This document shows positions 40,364-51,567 of a DNA stretch of 64,000 nt, piece by piece. Below the pieces are notes generated by a model. The model saw only the letters and a list, made by a program, of their open reading frames with translations. It made no database searches and was not told where the DNA came from. A program made the position numbers and the translations under genes. How positions within the stretch are numbered: the stretch's first letter is position 1; every line of letters begins with the position of its first letter. The DNA lies in the NCBI GenBank assembly GCA_040754095.1, contig JBFMFO010000007.1:3121-67120 (forward strand), in the 5' to 3' direction. Origin of the DNA: Thermodesulfobacteriota bacterium (lineage in GTDB: Bacteria > Desulfobacterota > QYQD01).

Positions 40364-42878
40364 AGCACTTTTTATATTTTTTGCCGCTGCCGCACGGGCA
40401 GGGTTGATTGCGCCCAATTTTTTCGGTCTCCCGCCGTACAGGTTCTTTCTCTTCTTCACCTTCGCCGCCACGGGTTAAAGAGAACTTCTGCCTTTTGGGA
40501 CGCTGATAAGTCTCTAAATCCGCCTCCCTGGCCAACTGAACGCGGAAGAGGGTAGAGACCGCTTCTTCTTTGATGCGTTCCACCATGGACATAAACATCT
40601 CGTACCCTTCCTTCTTATATTCCTGTAACGGGTCTTTCTGTCCGTAACCACGGAGCCCTATCCCCTCTTTCAGGTGATCCATATTAAGCAGGTGATCTTT
40701 CCAGAGACTATCTACGGTCTGTAAGGTAATAAAACGCTCCAGGGATCGAAATGCTTCCGTACCGAACTCTCTTTCCCTGGCTGCATACGCCTCTTTTACT
40801 CTGGCCAGCAGCGAATCTTCCAGGCTGTCCCGGTTAAAATTACGGACTTCTTCAGGGGCAAAGGATAGGTGAATAGAAAACTGGCTGTAACACCGGTCGG
40901 CCAATCCCTTTAAATCCCACTCTTCCGGCAGACTCTTTTCGTCCGCCACGGCATCCACCATAACTGAAACAATATCTTCGATCATTTCTCCGATATATTC
41001 CTGCAGGTTATCGCTGCCCAAAATCTCGCGCCTCTGTCTGTATATAACCTCTCTTTGCTGGTTCATGACGTCGTCATATTCCAGAAGACGTTTTCTGATC
41101 TCGAAATTCTGCGCCTCTACCCTCTTTTGCGCATTTTCGATGGCCTTGGAAACCAGGGTGTGTTCAATGGGCTGGTCTTCTTCCATACCCAGTTTGTCCA
41201 TGATGGAGGAGATACGTTCCGAACCGAATATGCGCAACAGGTCATCTTCTAAGGAAAGATAAAACCGCGAAGAGCCCGGATCGCCCTGACGTCCGGCCCG
41301 GCCGCGAAGCTGATTATCGATACGCCTGGCCTCGTGTCTCTCGGTGCCCACAATATGCAACCCGCCGAGATCAGGCACACCCTCGCCGAGGACAATATCC
41401 GTACCCCGGCCGGCCATATTCGTGGAAAGGGTTACGGCCCCTTGCTGCCCGGCCCGGGACACGATCTCCGCCTCCTTTTCATGGTGTTTGGCGTTGAGCA
41501 CGGAATGCCTGATGCCTTCCTTGCGTAAGAGGCTGCTCAAGCGTTCTGATTTCTCAATCGATATAGTTCCCACCAGCACCGGCTGCCCCTTGGCATGGAG
41601 TTCTTTCATTTCCCGTGCGACAGCCTTGAATTTTTCATTTTCTGTCTTATAGATAGCATCTGGATAATCGGTGCGGATCATGGGCTTATTGGAAGGAATA
41701 ATGACTACCTCAAGATTGTAGATCTTCTGAAACTCCACCGCTTCAGTATCTGCCGTACCGGTCATGCCGGCCAGTTTCTCATACATGCGGAAATAGTTCT
41801 GAAAGGTAACGGAGGCCAGGGTCTGGTTCTCACTCTCAATTTTAACTTCTTCCTTGGCTTCCAGGGCCTGGTGCAGCCCTTCACTATATCGGCGACCGGG
41901 CATGAGTCGGCCCGTAAACTCATCCACAATAATAACTTCGCCATCTTTGACTATATAATCAACGTCTTTCTTGAAAAGGGTATGGGCCCGCAGGGCCTGG
42001 TTCACATGGTGCAATGTCTCTATGTTTTTAGGATCGTAAAGATTGTCTGTCTTGAGCAATTTTTCCGCCCTGGCCACACCCTCCTCGGTCAGGACCACGG
42101 TGCGTGTCTTTTCCTCAACCACGTAGTCTTGTTCTGATCGTAATTTTGGTATAAGCTTATCTATACGATAATAAAGCTCTGTGGACTCCTCCGCCGGTCC
42201 GGAAATGATAAGCGGAGTACGGGCCTCATCTATAAGGATGCTATCGACCTCGTCCACCAGGGCGTAATAAAAATCACGCTGCACAAAATCATCGACGCTA
42301 AACTTCATGTTATCGCGGAGATAGTCAAATCCGAATTCATTGTTAGTGCCATAAGTAATGTCCGAAAAATAGGCCTGTTTGCGTTCGGCATCGTTCAGCC
42401 CGTGTACTATTACCCCGACCGAAAGTCCCAGAAATTTATAAATCCCACCCATCCATTCGGCGTCGCGTCTGGCCAGATAATCATTCACGGTCACCACGTG
42501 CACGCCCCTTTCGGTAAGGGCGTTGAGATAGACCGGTAAGGTAGCCACCAAAGTCTTCCCTTCTCCCGTTTTCATCTCGGCAATCTTGCCCTGGTGTAGG
42601 ACCATGCCGCCCATAATCTGTACATCAAAGTGGCGCTGCCCCAGGACCCGCCTGGAAGCTTCCCGGACCACTGCAAAGGCCTCCGGCAGGAGATCATCGA
42701 GAGATTCCCCGTTTGCCAGGCGACTTTTGAATTCTTCCGTCTTCCCCCGAAGTACATCGTCGCTCAAGACCTGCATGGATGGCTCAAGACTGTTTATATT
42801 GCTGAGCGTTAAGCTTAATCTATTTACTTCCCGCTCATTTTTAGTGCCGAATACCCTGGCTAATAGACTGCCTATCAT
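40350..42878 (-). CDS. secA: preprotein translocase ATPase
   Basis: [37 protein letters not shown]-terminal [13 protein letters not shown]. Confidence 0.98.
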   Translation of the reverse strand: MIGSLLARVFGTKNEREVNRLSLTLSNINSLEPSMQVLSDDVLRGKTEEFKSRLANGESLDDLLPEAFAVVREASRRVLGQRHFDVQIMGGMVLHQGKIAEMKTGEGKTLVATLPVYLNALTERGVHVVTVNDYLARRDAEWMGGIYKFLGLSVGVIVHGLNDAERKQAYFSDITYGTNNEFGFDYLRDNMKFSVDDFVQRDFYYALVDEVDSILIDEARTPLIISGPAEESTELYYRIDKLIPKLRSEQDYVVEEKTRTVVLTEEGVARAEKLLKTDNLYDPKNIETLHHVNQALRAHTLFKKDVDYIVKDGEVIIVDEFTGRLMPGRRYSEGLHQALEAKEEVKIESENQTLASVTFQNYFRMYEKLAGMTGTADTEAVEFQKIYNLEVVIIPSNKPMIRTDYPDAIYKTENEKFKAVAREMKELHAKGQPVLVGTISIEKSERLSSLLRKEGIRHSVLNAKHHEKEAEIVSRAGQQGAVTLSTNMAGRGTDIVLGEGVPDLGGLHIVGTERHEARRIDNQLRGRAGRQGDPGSSRFYLSLEDDLLRIFGSERISSIMDKLGMEEDQPIEHTLVSKAIENAQKRVEAQNFEIRKRLLEYDDVMNQQREVIYRQRREILGSDNLQEYIGEMIEDIVSVMVDAVADEKSLPEEWDLKGLADRCYSQFSIHLSFAPEEVRNFNRDSLEDSLLARVKEAYAAREREFGTEAFRSLERFITLQTVDSLWKDHLLNMDHLKEGIGLRGYGQKDPLQEYKKEGYEMFMSMVERIKEEAVSTLFRVQLAREADLETYQRPKRQKFSLTRGGEGEEEKEPVRRETEKIGRNQPCPCGSGKKYKKCCGKK

Positions 42879-42909
42879 CTTTACACCAAACAAATAATCA
42901 ATTTCTATT

Positions 42910-43104
42910 TAGTTTTCATCCGGAAACCACCGTTTCCGGCCTACGGTCGGCCTAAGGCCGGATTCAGGCTTTCAGCTATCAGTCATCAGCCGTCAGCATG
43001 TTTGTTATCCGTTATCCGTTAACCGTTGTCCGACATTTTCTTTCGGTAAACGGTCAACAGTGAACGGTGTACCGGCTTCATGCTGATAGCTGACTGCTGA
43101 CAGC
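42910..43104. repeat. CATCCGGAAA-TIR / TCAGC composite repeat (one TIR visible)
   Basis: Near-identical to 28212-28380. Confidence 0.7.
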
Positions 43105-43560
43105 TCATACCTGCAACAGTAACGCCACCTCATCACATTGAGGGAATTTGTAACATTTTATGCAATCGCTCCAGATCTTTTGCGGCAAGGTCGCTTTATC
43201 AATCTTTATAAATCCAAGGCGCATAAAGAAATCCGGCCGGTTTGTCAGGGTAAATATCCTGTAAATACCCAGGGTAATGGCCTCGCTGATACAGGCCTCC
43301 ACCAGACTTCTCCCTATTCCACGCCTCTGGAAATCCTCAACTACGGCCAGAGATCTGATCTCTGCAAGGTCTTCCCAGCAGATATGCAAAGCACAGGTAG
43401 CTATGACCGGCCCATGGTCGCCATCCTGATAAACATAGAAATCGCGCAGGTTATCGTAAAGCTCGCTTAACGATCGACCCAATAGATCGCCTTGTTTGGC
43501 AAACGTGCTAAGCAATTGATGGATATTGGCGACATCAGATATGCGGGCTTTGCGGATCAT
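43105..43560 (-). CDS. argA: short GNAT N-acetylglutamate synthase
   Basis: MIRKARISD, WEDLAEIRSLAV, LPQKIWSDCIKC...CDEVAL. Confidence 0.85.
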   Translation of the reverse strand: MIRKARISDVANIHQLLSTFAKQGDLLGRSLSELYDNLRDFYVYQDGDHGPVIATCALHICWEDLAEIRSLAVVEDFQRRGIGRSLVEACISEAITLGIYRIFTLTNRPDFFMRLGFIKIDKATLPQKIWSDCIKCYKFPQCDEVALLLQV

Positions 43561-43563
43561 TTA

Positions 43564-44211
43564 TTATTCCTTTGCTGCTTTGGCAGCCTCACCAGAGGGA
43601 ACCGGAATGGAAACTGTGGTTATGAACAGCCTGGTGTTTTCCTTCTCTGCTATACGGTCGGCAGCGCTATTGGCATCGCTTACGGCACTAAACCGCCCGA
43701 TCTGCACACGGTACCATACACCGGCCCGTGGTATCTCACCCTTGATAATAAAGACCTCATACCCTTTCTTTTCCCACACGGCCTTCAATTCTTCGGCCTT
43801 AGCTGCGTCGCGAAGAGAGGCCACCTGTAACGTATAAAAAACATTAGGAGCCGGCCTTGTTTTTCCAGCGCTTGTTGCCTCTTCTGCCTGAAAGTCGCCA
43901 AGCTCCTCAGGGACCGGCACAATTTGACCGCCCTGGTTCATCTCCTGCCCTAAAAGATCCTCTCCTTGTTGAGTGGTAACCGGCGTCAGGGGTTTATTTT
44001 CCTCAGGTTGCTGTCCGCTTTGAGTCGCAGGTGGCGAGGTCATAGTCTCAAGTTCTTTGTTAACACTGCTGAACATATCCCGGCCTACCCATATGCCGAA
44101 TATAAACATCCAGAGAAGGACGCCAAGAGTAGCTATACCTATGGTTACCAACCCGCCCCGGCTGATCTCAAACTGATATATACGTCGGTCTTTCTTCCCT
44201 TTAGAAGCCAT
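43564..44211 (-). CDS. SPOR-domain cell-division protein (FtsN/DamX-like)
   Basis: Single N-terminal TM, disordered linker, C-terminal YTLQVAS...WYRVQIGRF. Downstream of argS. Confidence 0.88.
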   Translation of the reverse strand: MASKGKKDRRIYQFEISRGGLVTIGIATLGVLLWMFIFGIWVGRDMFSSVNKELETMTSPPATQSGQQPEENKPLTPVTTQQGEDLLGQEMNQGGQIVPVPEELGDFQAEEATSAGKTRPAPNVFYTLQVASLRDAAKAEELKAVWEKKGYEVFIIKGEIPRAGVWYRVQIGRFSAVSDANSAADRIAEKENTRLFITTVSIPVPSGEAAKAAKE

Positions 44212-44377
44212 ATTTACTCCCACCTAACCTACAGGGGCACACAGAGAAAATAAGCTTTCAGCGATCAGTTGTCAGCCGTCAGCAAGAATCTGAGATAAAC
44301 AACAAATTAAGCTGAATGCTGATTGCTGAGTGCTGATTGCCCCATCCGGAAACCTTGCGTTTCCGGATGAAACCCCA

Positions 44378-46042
44378 TCACATCTTGTCCGGCGCCGAGA
44401 CGCCCAGCATCCTGAGGCCGTTTTTCAATACTTGCCGTACTCCCTGGATCAAGGCTAAGCGCGCCTGCGTAAGCGGCTCGGTTTCGCTTACGATGCGGTG
44501 TTTATTATAAAAATTATGCAGAGCAGCGGCCAGATCGCCCAGATAAAAGGCTATACGGTGCGGCTCAAGAGTTGTAGCGCTGTCCTCGATTACTTCAGGA
44601 TAAAAAGAGAGTAGTTTCAGCAAGCGAAGCTCTTCCGGAGCAGTCAAAAGCGACGTATCCACTTTAGCTACAGGCCATATCTCAATACTTTTCTCTGCCG
44701 CCATCTCAAAAACGCTGGATATGCGAGCATGGGCATATTGCACATAATAAACCGGGTTTTCCTGGCTCTGGCTCTTGGCCAGATCAAGGTCGAAATCCAG
44801 GTGACTGTTTGACCGCCGGGTCAGGAATATAAAGCGGGCTGCGTCCTTGCCCACCTCATCTATGACTTCCCGCAGCGTAACAAATTCACCCGAGCGGGTG
44901 GACATTGCCACCGGGCTGCCGCCGCGCATCAGGTTTACCAACTGCACCAGGATAATATGCACCTTTTCCTTGGGCTGGCCGAGGGCCTCCACCGCGGCCT
45001 TAAGCCGCGGGACATAACCGTGGTGATCAGCCCCCCATATATCGATTATGAGGTCGAAACCCCTCTCAAATTTATTGAGATGATAGGCGATATCCGAGGC
45101 AAAATAAGTAGTGGCCCCCTTCCCGCGCACCACTACCCGGTCTTTTTCATCACCGAAGGCCGAGGCTTTAAACCATAACGCCCCCTCCGCTTCATAAATA
45201 AAGTCTCTCTCTCTGAGCATATCTATGGCCCTATCCACTGTGCCGGTGTCAAAAAGGCTCTTCTCACTAAACCAGTGATCGTGAAGGACGTTGAAATCCG
45301 TAAGATCCCGCTTGATACCCTCCAGAATAACCTGTTGTGCCTCCCGGGTAAAATATGGTATGGCCGGCTCCGTAGATTCGTTTAGAAAACGTTGCCCTTC
45401 CCGCTCAATAATGTCCTGAGCGATATCCTTTATATAATCGCCTTGATAATGGTTGGCCGGGAATTCGATTTTCTCCCCTAAAAGCTCCCGGTAACGCAGA
45501 TAGGTAGAAGCCCCTAAGGTCTCCATCTGGGTACCGATATCATTTATGTAATATTCCCTTTCCACCTGGAATCCGGCCGCATCCAGGAGATTGGCCAGGC
45601 TGTCTCCTACGGCTGCTCCTCGTCCGTGCCCTATATGCAGAGGGCCGGTAGGGTTGGCGCTGACAAATTCCACCTGTACTTTTCGTCCCTGGCCTATTTT
45701 AGATCGCCCATAATTTTTACGCTCCCGGTCAATCTCCGCTAATGCCTCCCGCCAGCAGCTATCTTTTACGAAAAAATTAATGAACCCCGGGCCCGCTACC
45801 TCTACTTTCGACAAAAAATCGACGCTTTTTCCTATCTCTTCAGACAGCGCCCGAGCAACGTCGCGCGGGCTCTTTTTGAGAGAACCGGCCATTACTAAGG
45901 CTACATTCGACGAATAATCGCCGTGGGTCTCTGTTTTGGGCCTTTCGAGCTGAAAGCCGGGAACATCTTTATATTCTATTCCCTGCCGGTCAAAAAAGGC
46001 CTTTATACTATCCAAAACAACTAACTGCAGTTTTTTTCGCAT
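44378..46042 (-). CDS. argS: arginine--tRNA ligase
   Basis: EFVSANPTGPLHIGH, WGADHHGY, MSTRSG, YVQYAHAR. Confidence 0.98.
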   Translation of the reverse strand: MRKKLQLVVLDSIKAFFDRQGIEYKDVPGFQLERPKTETHGDYSSNVALVMAGSLKKSPRDVARALSEEIGKSVDFLSKVEVAGPGFINFFVKDSCWREALAEIDRERKNYGRSKIGQGRKVQVEFVSANPTGPLHIGHGRGAAVGDSLANLLDAAGFQVEREYYINDIGTQMETLGASTYLRYRELLGEKIEFPANHYQGDYIKDIAQDIIEREGQRFLNESTEPAIPYFTREAQQVILEGIKRDLTDFNVLHDHWFSEKSLFDTGTVDRAIDMLRERDFIYEAEGALWFKASAFGDEKDRVVVRGKGATTYFASDIAYHLNKFERGFDLIIDIWGADHHGYVPRLKAAVEALGQPKEKVHIILVQLVNLMRGGSPVAMSTRSGEFVTLREVIDEVGKDAARFIFLTRRSNSHLDFDLDLAKSQSQENPVYYVQYAHARISSVFEMAAEKSIEIWPVAKVDTSLLTAPEELRLLKLLSFYPEVIEDSATTLEPHRIAFYLGDLAAALHNFYNKHRIVSETEPLTQARLALIQGVRQVLKNGLRMLGVSAPDKM

Positions 46043-46093
46043 CTGGTCTAATCCATTAATGTCTTTAAATTTATAAACCGTTTGGTTGTGTTG

Positions 46094-47233
46094 TCAAGGA
46101 TTGACTGTAACGCGCGGATTACGGCTGCCTACGGCACAGAGAAGGTCATAGCTGATAGTCCCGGCCCGATCCGCCACCTCATCTACAGAGATAACCTGAT
46201 CACCCTGTCTTCCAAAAATGACCACCTCATCATCTACGGCTGCGCCTTCAATGTGGCTCACATCAATCATGGTCAGACACATACACACCGTACCCAGCAC
46301 GGGCGCCCGTTTCTGACGTATCAGCACCTCTCCCCGGTTGGAAATAGAGCGGCTGTATCCGGCATCATAGCCTACCGGCACTACAGCAATAGTCTTTGCC
46401 TCGGGTGTAACGTACCTCCGGCCATAACTGATCGAGGCGCCTGCCGGTACTTTTTTAACCTGGATCACCTTACTTTTAAAGGTCATTACCGGCCTTAGCG
46501 CCGCTACGCCTTGCATGTCCTTACCGGGATATGCGCCATAGATCATGATACCCGGTCGTACCAGGTTCATCCGTGCCGCCGGGTGGGCCATCAGCCCTGC
46601 CGAATTGGCAATATGATTTTGGGGAAGCTCAAACCCTAACCCCCTGCCGATATTAATAGCCTCATTAAAGTGTTCTAATTGACTCAAAGTGTAATCCCTA
46701 TCATTACTGCTGTCCGCACAGGATAGATGCGACATAAGCCCTAAGACCTTGATGCCTTCCTTCCCACGAACGTAAGAAAGGATAGCTGGCAAATCAGTTA
46801 TGCCTACACCCAGACGCCCCATGCCCGTATCAACCTTTATGTAAATGCCTGCTACCCTGTCTCTATTTTGGGATTCTCTGGAAAGGGCATCTATAAGCTC
46901 AAAGTTATAGACCACAGGAGAGATATTGAACTCAACAATCTCAAATACGTCCCGCTTTGATTCCGGCAGGTGCAGGATAACAGGAGTCCAGACGCCGGCT
47001 TGCCTTAAAGTTACGGCCTCCTCCATTATGGATACGAAGAAGCCGTCAGCGCCTTGCTCTTGAAGGGCCTGTGCAACCGGAATAAGACCATGTCCATAGG
47101 CATCTGATTTTATTACAGGGAAAACTGCCGTTTCACGCCACGGCGCATCTTCGACCGGTTTGACCAGCCGTTTTGCCTCGCTGAAGTTATGCCTTACGGC
47201 CGAAAGGTCAATTTCAACCCTGTTTAATGCCAT
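46094..47233 (-). CDS. alr: alanine racemase
   Basis: VIKSDAYGHG, KVDTGMGRLG, SHLSCAD, ANSAG, VRPG. Confidence 0.96.
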   Translation of the reverse strand: MALNRVEIDLSAVRHNFSEAKRLVKPVEDAPWRETAVFPVIKSDAYGHGLIPVAQALQEQGADGFFVSIMEEAVTLRQAGVWTPVILHLPESKRDVFEIVEFNISPVVYNFELIDALSRESQNRDRVAGIYIKVDTGMGRLGVGITDLPAILSYVRGKEGIKVLGLMSHLSCADSSNDRDYTLSQLEHFNEAINIGRGLGFELPQNHIANSAGLMAHPAARMNLVRPGIMIYGAYPGKDMQGVAALRPVMTFKSKVIQVKKVPAGASISYGRRYVTPEAKTIAVVPVGYDAGYSRSISNRGEVLIRQKRAPVLGTVCMCLTMIDVSHIEGAAVDDEVVIFGRQGDQVISVDEVADRAGTISYDLLCAVGSRNPRVTVNP

Positions 47234-47487
47234 TTTATGCAGAACAAGCCCGTGCTATCGCCCTATAGAAATAAGTTTCGAATCTTGCGTAACTTACCAG
47301 ATTGCATCCCGTGTTACAAGGGCTTTATGGCACCGGTTTTCTCCCATTTTTTTATGGAACCCCTCTATTCCTTTGCTCCACGGTCTTCGCAGTGACCCTA
47401 CCGAGGTTCGCAGGTTGGGAATACTTGCCCCTTTCCGCCTAAGGCGGACTGCTCCAGCAAGTTTCTCAGGGATAAAGGGTTCCTTTC

Positions 47488-48273
47488 TCACCAAGGCCAC
47501 AGGGCGTCAAGGGCTTCTACACTCTTAAAAACATCTTCCTCGCGATGGGGCTCAAGAGTAATTATCGGCCTGGGGGAGCAATTCTTCAGGCAGGAAAAAA
47601 CTGATCCGAAATCTATATTGCCACGCCCGAGGGCCAGATGGGAATCAGTGTCCCCTAAATTGTCGTGCAGGTGGAGCTGTCCCAGATAAGGGCGCATTTT
47701 TTCCAGCCACTCGCCCATATCCGCGCGGCCAAACACATGCCAGTGCCCTATATCAAAGCAAAAGCCGGCGTGGGACGAGTTAAGCTGCGACAACAGGGCT
47801 ACGTGGAGGTCTGGAGTCTCTTCATAAACATTTTCCAGCATCACCTTTGTACCCGCTCCCTGGGCCAGAGTTATCAGTGGCAACCAGGTCTCAACACTCC
47901 TTTCCAGCCAGGAATCTACCTGATTTTGATAGATTTGACTGATAAAGCCGGTGTGGCAGACCACACTGAGCGGCTCAAAAACCGGCAGCAGTTCAAATGC
48001 CTGCCGCAGCCGCTTCATCGTCGCCTTTCGCATAAGTGGGTCAGGTGACCCCGGCACCATATCCATAAAAGGGGCGTGCAGGGTAACAGAAAGGCCTTCC
48101 TGGCGCAGGATTCGTGCTATCTCTGTAAACTGAACCAGGGAAAATTCATCCAGCGCCTGACTATCTATGCCGATCTCCGGATTGATACGGTTCCTTAAGA
48201 TCACCGGCAGGTATTTGTTCTTGAGCAGGACAAAAGGAACGTTTATCTGGATCCGGCTAATCAAATTATTCAT
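47488..48273 (-). CDS. sugar phosphate isomerase/epimerase (xylose-isomerase-like TIM barrel)
   Basis: HAPF, LENVYE, CFDIGH, HLHDN...DSHL, TLE metal-binding motifs. Confidence 0.88.
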   Translation of the reverse strand: MNNLISRIQINVPFVLLKNKYLPVILRNRINPEIGIDSQALDEFSLVQFTEIARILRQEGLSVTLHAPFMDMVPGSPDPLMRKATMKRLRQAFELLPVFEPLSVVCHTGFISQIYQNQVDSWLERSVETWLPLITLAQGAGTKVMLENVYEETPDLHVALLSQLNSSHAGFCFDIGHWHVFGRADMGEWLEKMRPYLGQLHLHDNLGDTDSHLALGRGNIDFGSVFSCLKNCSPRPIITLEPHREEDVFKSVEALDALWPW

Positions 48274-48355
48274 TGTTGATTGTATGCCTTTCTTAGGCTC
48301 ATGATTATGAGATTGATTTAACGGTGGAGGGGCCGCTTTCTTCTGTTGTGTTTAC

Positions 48356-51178
48356 TTAGAACAAAAATAGTTGGCTTTTTGCCTTGGCAATAATATTATC
48401 CCTAAGCCCTTTACAGAAAGGCACAAGCGCTTCAAACGAAAGTCCCTTATTACTTTTATACAGGCTTTCTGAAAGAATCAGATATTCCCATTTTTGAGGT
48501 TGAGTTATACCTTCTGGTGGCGGCACCAATGACGCCTGTTCACACCAGGCAGTAGCAGCCTGCACCTTGACGGCGACATTAGGGTTGTCAATATCTTTGT
48601 CCGCCTTTGTTTCAACGAGGTATATTTTGTCTGGTGCTTTAACTATAAAGTCAACCTCGTAATTTCTCAATATGCCTGTCTCATCTCTATATGTAATTTT
48701 AAGTTTGTGCCTTCTATCCAACTTCGCAAAGGCAAGTACATCAGCGGAGTTGTTCAGCATCTTCTGCATAAAATCTCTTTCAAATCCCCCACCTTTTGGT
48801 TGATAGCCGTTTTTCGGGTAAATGCTTCTTTCGGTATCAACAGATTTACTTTCTCTCACCATAATGCGCGGGACATCGGACAGCCTTCCCCATGTACCCT
48901 TCTTGACTTCAAATTTATAGCCTGCGATGAGTTTGATAATAGACTTGCTTGTCGTTTCCACAACATGGTCGAAAACAGGCTGATAGTTGAGTACCGGATA
49001 GTTTTCAGGAGAGGAAAAATCTATGGGTTCGCCAAAACAATATTCTGACACATACTCATCAATGGTCTCGGCAATCTGTGCCTGTTTTGCTGAAAGGATC
49101 GATGTCTTTCCCCTTGTAGCCACGGACTTTGACGCCTGTCTTAAGAAAAATGAGTAGTCAAAGTACTCATTATCCAATTTCCAGGCCCTTGTCTTTACTC
49201 CGGTTTGCACGTGAGTTTCCTGAATAATGAGCTTCGAGAGGTATTTTTTTAGTTGATTAAAGTCAACCCGGTATTTAGGAAGGCTTTTAATATCAATCTG
49301 CGAAAGTTCGGGCATCTTTCCTTCATCAAAGACCTGTATGGGCCACGCGATATCAAAAAGAGGAATTCTCTCTGTTACGGCATCGACAGGGATAATATCG
49401 CCGGTTGATGTCTCTTTGCTCGTGTCACCCACTCCGAATACATATCCCTGCTCTCTAAGTTTATTGTAAAATTCTATAAATCTCGGGTGCTCTACGACAA
49501 AAAGAAAATCAAAGGAATTGGAGGGATTTTTCTTTCTTTTTATTTGGTGATAAGCTTCTACTTTAGCGTCCTGTAATTCCGGATATTCATAAGACGGAAA
49601 CATCAGCCTCAACCCTCTGCCGACTATCTGCTCAAGCAATAAGTCGGCCTCTGTTGCCCTAAGAACTACTGTAACGCATATATTGTTTTTATCAAAACCT
49701 TCTCTTAGCATAAGAACGGAAATAACAATCCTTAACGGATCATCATCTATATCTATTCTGTCGAGATTCTTTCTCGCCGTTTCAATTTCCTTACCAGGGA
49801 GGTCGGAATGGATAACGAGGACCTTGGCGTCATCGTAATACTGACTGTTTTCATCCGTAAGCCTCGCAAAATGCTCCGCTGTGAGGTCAGCAACCGTTGT
49901 GTCTTCACACAGGACCATCATAACGGGCTTTTTGGTTATGCCCTTCTTTTTAAATTCAACAGCAAGCTGCTCCAGCTTTTTCCTGCCGATGTCAAGCAGC
50001 AATTTCTGTCCTGTTGAAAGGGCTTTTATTTCACCCCTCTTATGCCCGCCTTCTGCCTCATACCTTTCAGCCCTGAACTCAAGCTCTTCTAAAGATTCCC
50101 CGGCAATAGCCTGTCGCTGCTCAAGGAAAAGCTGTTTTACCAGCATGTTCTGCATGGCGCTTAACAGGTCGTAGTCATAGATAATATGCGGGAAATATTC
50201 CCTCTTTTCTGCGCTTCCATAAAATGGAGTAGCCGAGTAATCAATCTGTAAAAATACACCCTGTTCTTTTTTGTGGTTTTCCTTCAACCCCGCATAAAGC
50301 ACATTCATAAACTGTCGCCAGACAAGTTCCTCGCCTTTTGCAGACTTCTTCCCATGCACATGGTGGGCCTCATCATTCATTATTACAAGGTCGGGATACT
50401 CAGACAGAAAATCGGCTATTACCTGACCCCTCGGCATTTCTTCAACATCAGCCCCTGTAAATTTATCCCATAAGCTGGATACAGAGGACTTAAGCCTGAA
50501 CTGTTGCCAGTTCGTTATAAAGACAAAGGGACCGTCAGGTGGTGTTGTGTTAGGCTTAACATCATCAGGCTCAAGAATATCCATATGAAATCTATCACGC
50601 CAGTGTGACCCTTCCGGCATGAACAGGGAGCGTTTATAATCTGATGTCTCAGGCAATCTATTACCTGTTTTTAAATCCCTTTTCCCTTTAAAGGAATCGA
50701 GAAGCCTGTTCAAGACCTCATGTCCAGGGGTCACAACCAGAAAACGGTAAGAATAATTTCCAGGCCGCTCATCATTAAGTCTATTAAAATACTGCCATAC
50801 AAGAAGGGCAGCCAGTACCCATGTCTTCCCGGAGCCGGTTGCCATCTTCAGGGCATATTTAGAGAAGGGGATTGTCTCTACTTCCTGTTTCAATGGAAGG
50901 TGTTGATAAATAGACTCCGGGGCTACCCTCTCAAAGACCTCCTGCAGGGTCTTGGCTTGAAGGATTTCATGGCAGTATACGACGGTCTCAATCGCCCTCT
51001 GCTGGCACAGGTGAAACCTTTCCGTGGCATCTTCATCCCTTTTAAACCAGTAATTGAAAAGCTCCAAGGTGGTCTGAGTAACCCCAGGCCAGCCCTGCTC
51101 TACCCATGCATGGACTTCACCTTCCAAGGCATTGGCGAGGTACATTTGGGAGAAGGGTTGATTATTCTTTTTTGCCAT
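48356..51178 (-). CDS. Type III-like restriction subunit (SF2 helicase plus PD-(D/E)xK nuclease)
   Basis: MATGSGKT, NDEAHH, SATP, LREGFD, EQIVGRGLR. C-terminal YEVDFIV...YLVETK. Confidence 0.9.
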   Translation of the reverse strand: MAKKNNQPFSQMYLANALEGEVHAWVEQGWPGVTQTTLELFNYWFKRDEDATERFHLCQQRAIETVVYCHEILQAKTLQEVFERVAPESIYQHLPLKQEVETIPFSKYALKMATGSGKTWVLAALLVWQYFNRLNDERPGNYSYRFLVVTPGHEVLNRLLDSFKGKRDLKTGNRLPETSDYKRSLFMPEGSHWRDRFHMDILEPDDVKPNTTPPDGPFVFITNWQQFRLKSSVSSLWDKFTGADVEEMPRGQVIADFLSEYPDLVIMNDEAHHVHGKKSAKGEELVWRQFMNVLYAGLKENHKKEQGVFLQIDYSATPFYGSAEKREYFPHIIYDYDLLSAMQNMLVKQLFLEQRQAIAGESLEELEFRAERYEAEGGHKRGEIKALSTGQKLLLDIGRKKLEQLAVEFKKKGITKKPVMMVLCEDTTVADLTAEHFARLTDENSQYYDDAKVLVIHSDLPGKEIETARKNLDRIDIDDDPLRIVISVLMLREGFDKNNICVTVVLRATEADLLLEQIVGRGLRLMFPSYEYPELQDAKVEAYHQIKRKKNPSNSFDFLFVVEHPRFIEFYNKLREQGYVFGVGDTSKETSTGDIIPVDAVTERIPLFDIAWPIQVFDEGKMPELSQIDIKSLPKYRVDFNQLKKYLSKLIIQETHVQTGVKTRAWKLDNEYFDYSFFLRQASKSVATRGKTSILSAKQAQIAETIDEYVSEYCFGEPIDFSSPENYPVLNYQPVFDHVVETTSKSIIKLIAGYKFEVKKGTWGRLSDVPRIMVRESKSVDTERSIYPKNGYQPKGGGFERDFMQKMLNNSADVLAFAKLDRRHKLKITYRDETGILRNYEVDFIVKAPDKIYLVETKADKDIDNPNVAVKVQAATAWCEQASLVPPPEGITQPQKWEYLILSESLYKSNKGLSFEALVPFCKGLRDNIIAKAKSQLFLF

Positions 51179-51184
51179 TGAGAC

Positions 51185-51553
51185 TTATCTATTCCGCTTT
51201 ACAGCCAATTTAAATCTGCCCTTCGGCGTTTGCTCTAACAGATTACGTTCCCTAATCCTTGCCATAACGAGATCATTAAGCAATGCTCTATCAAAATCGG
51301 TCATATTCACAAAGGAAAGTTTACTTTTAACCGCATCTAAAGAATATTTAAGCAACAGCTTAGCAAACGCCTCGTCAATAAAAGAAGGGGATGCTATTGA
51401 AAGATTTGAAAAATCAACAATAATTCTATCTTTCGCTTTCCAAAAAAGCTCTATAACTTTCCGAATTTTTTTGCCATGCTCCCTGGAAACAGTATCGACC
51501 CCTGCTATTTTTTTAATATCTATATAGGTCTCTCTTAATCCCGCAGCAAACAT
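51185..51553 (-). CDS. STAS-like domain protein (DUF4325-like)
   Basis: VSREHGKKIR, IIVDFSNLSIASPSFIDEAFAKL. Confidence 0.85.
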   Translation of the reverse strand: MFAAGLRETYIDIKKIAGVDTVSREHGKKIRKVIELFWKAKDRIIVDFSNLSIASPSFIDEAFAKLLLKYSLDAVKSKLSFVNMTDFDRALLNDLVMARIRERNLLEQTPKGRFKLAVKRNR

Positions 51554-51567
51554 ATTGCTTCACCTCT

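Noticed and set aside
40364-40471. Long argJ/secA overlap
   Set aside because: ORF-caller artefact; the GTG at 40363 gives a normal-length ArgJ.
16462-46498. Long antisense ORFs over housekeeping genes (e.g. 16462-17118, 28367-29044, 34041-34781)
   Set aside because: They are shadows of well-conserved genes on the opposite strand, with no motifs of their own.
47294-47500. 68-aa ORF between alr and the TIM-barrel gene
   Set aside because: No recognisable motif; it overlaps the structured element reported as a finding.
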